Shown here in pieces: positions 12,331 through 13,978 of a stretch of DNA of 13,978 nt. Position 1 is the first letter of the stretch; every line of letters begins with the position of its first letter. The stretch lies in assembly GCA_033442325.1 (NCBI GenBank), contig JAWQFM010000032.1, positions 637,643 to 651,620 of the forward strand. The letters are read 5' to 3'. The notes under the pieces are model-generated. The model searched no databases, was not told the origin of the DNA, and saw only the letters and a list, made by a program, of their open reading frames with translations. The position numbers and the translations under genes were made by a program. This DNA is from Salpingoeca rosetta (Eukaryota; Protista; Choanoflagellata).

Positions 12331-13828
12331 ATGGATGTTGTTGAAGCAAGTAACAACGCTGCGTTGCGGGCTGCTTACGCCAAGCTTGCCAAGGGTACCC
12401 GCTTCATCTCCAAGGAGCAGGTGCAGGAGGCTGTCTCGGAGATTGCTGTTCGCTTCGGCGTTAATCACATTGTGAGTGAGTGTTATGTTGTTGTTGTTGC
12501 AGCGTGTTGTGTTTCATGCCGTGTTGCCGTGTGTGCTTCGCGTGGCATTGTGGCAGCGTGCTGTGTCTCATGCCGGGTTGTCGTGTGTTGTGTGTGCTTC
12601 GCGTGGCGCTTTGTGGCGTGGCGGTTGTGTGGTTCATGTGTGGTGATTGGCACGCTCGAGCGTGCGTTTGATTTCGCATGGGCATGCGAAGAAACAGCGT
12701 CCTGTTCACCCTGTGGTGTCTCGCGGAATGTGTTAACGTGCCACTTGTCCAGGTGAAGGCAACGGATTCGAGGACATACCGCGTGAGATGCGACAACAAA
12801 GCCTGGACAAAGCAGCAACAACAGAGGAAACACCCAAGCACCTGCGCCTATGCAATTCACGCCAACAAACAAACCGTCAGCGGCGCGTGGGAGATTACCG
12901 AGGCTTGCTGGCTCGCACAGGACAGTGAACATGAGCTTGGGCGCCGCCGTGTTCGTCCACAGACGCTCGCCCGCTTTGATCGAACCATGATAGGTACTCC
13001 TCGCTGCAACCAAGTGATCACCTATGCGTGTGCGTTTGTCATGTGGACAACTCGCGTCAGTTGCCCTCGGTATCTCACTGTTGCCCCTCCCTCTCTCTAC
13101 ACTGCGCGACATGTCTTCTTGCAGGAAACCCCGCTGCTCAGGTACAACAAGTCAGTGCCCGCTACGGCCTAACCATGTCGGGTTCCCAGATGGCAGAGTA
13201 CGCAGCACAAGCTCAAGGCAGAACTCACGTCAAGCGGCAGGAGGAGTTTGACAGACTGCACTCGTTCGTTCGTGAGTTTGGTTGCGAACTTGTGTGTGTG
13301 TGTGTGTGTGTGTATGCCTGTCTGTGCCTGTCTGTGTCTGTGTCTGTGTCTGTGTCTGTGTCTCTGTGTGTGTGTATGTGTGTGTGCGTGTGTACACGTG
13401 TGTGTACACGTGTATGTACACGTGTGTGTGTACACAAGTATGTATGTGTTTGCGTCTGTGTGTACGTACACGTGCGCGCGTTTGTATGTACACGCATGTG
13501 CGTGCGTGCGTGCGTGTGTTTACATGCATGCACGTGTATGTTTTGCCGTTGTTGCTTCAACACACTCAAGTATGCATACCACTGCGCTGATGGTCGTGCA
13601 GAGTGGATCAATGCAAATGGACATCATGCAGCGCACCTGATGACCAAAGACGGTGCATTTAGCGAGCTTCTGTTCTGCCTAAAGCTGAATGGTTTGTCGG
13701 CCAAGTCTCCAAAGGTCCTGTTCACGGACGCGACGCATCTGTCGTACAACAACATGATGCTCCACCTCTTGTGCCAACTGGACGCAGACAACAAGATCTT
13801 CATTCTGGGCGCCAACATAACTCAGCAG
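12331..13828 (+). CDS. Mutator-like element (MULE/MuDR) DDE transposase, 5' partial (continues beyond the window)
   Basis: Exons 12331-12471, 12753-12993, 13125-13271 and 13602-13828 (GT-AG; intron phases 0, 1, 1, 0). The translation LAKGTRFISKEQVQEAVSEIAVRFGVNHIVKATDSRTYRVRC...STCAYAIHANKQTVSGAWEITE fits the MuDR N-terminal DNA-binding domain pattern (GxxFxsxeexxxAvxxxai...sdxxrxxxxC...CxwxihAs...wxI). EEFDRLHSFVQWINAN...DGAFSELLFCL...KVLFTDATHLSYNNMMLHLLCQLDADNKIFILG fits the start of the MULE catalytic domain, including the first catalytic Asp (D-[GA]-T-H-L...D-x-[DN]-N). Confidence 0.85.
12499..12616 (+). repeat. Two degenerate tandem copies of a 54-63 bp unit in transposase intron 1
   Basis: GCAGCGTGTTGTGTTTCATGCCGTGTTGCCGTGTGTGCTTCGCGTGGCATTGTG followed by GCAGCGTGCTGTGTCTCATGCCGGGTTGTCGTGTGTTGTGTGTGCTTCGCGTGGCGCTTTGTG. 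Confidence 0.8.
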
Positions 13829-13910
13829 GTAACACACTGTACGCATGTGCGCACGCGTGTGCATGTGTGTATGTCTGTCTGTATGTGTCTGTCTGTATGT
13901 GTCTGTGTCT

Positions 13911-13950
<40 letters not shown>

Positions 13951-13978
13951 CACGTGTGTGTGTATGGTGCGTGTGTGT

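Larger units (their letters stand above)
12013..13978 (+). mobile_element. MULE (Mutator superfamily) DNA transposon, left part; candidate left terminal inverted repeat begins GGGGACAGCTCGAAAAGTACACTTTTGAAAATGG
   Basis: Abrupt change from (GT)n to unique sequence at 12013, a G-run start typical of Mutator termini, an internal dyad AAAAGT-AC-ACTTTT (12025-12038), and a MULE transposase gene about 320 bp further on. The right TIR and TSD are outside the window, so the boundary is inferred. Confidence 0.6.

Noticed and set aside
12499-12616. CRISPR-like or functional repeat array
   Set aside because: Only two degenerate adjacent units without spacers, inside a eukaryotic intron.
13571-13601. 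Upstream acceptor (CTCAAG) extending transposase exon 4 with YAYHCADGRAE
   Set aside because: Incompatible with the phase-1 GTGAGT donor at 13272. The acceptor at 13601 has a branch-like CTGAT upstream and gives the MULE-like FDRLHSFVQWINAN.

Overview
Eukaryotic, intron-dense, GC-rich coding DNA whose introns are full of (CA)n/(GT)n microsatellites. This style suggests a choanoflagellate such as Salpingoeca rosetta (inference from style, not a database match). Most ORFs in the supplied track are microsatellite artefacts. Manual GT-AG splicing gives four genes. (1) and (2) are two tandem minus-strand lamin-like intermediate-filament genes, each with a long rod and a lamin-tail (Ig-fold) domain. 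'Lamin-1' (11626->7462; 12 exons, 556 aa) has a gapless match to the human lamin A head/coil-1A CDK1 motif but no CaaX. 'Lamin-2' (3758->503 or beyond; at least 11 exons) is more divergent, with a PKKKK NLS and a CDK-type motif in linker L1 instead of the head. (3) An intronless 875-aa plus-strand ORF of unknown function lies between them and ends in an F-box-like motif. (4) The 5' part of an intron-containing Mutator-like (MULE) transposase gene starts at 12331 (+); its candidate left terminus abuts a (GT)n tract about 390 bp upstream of lamin-1.
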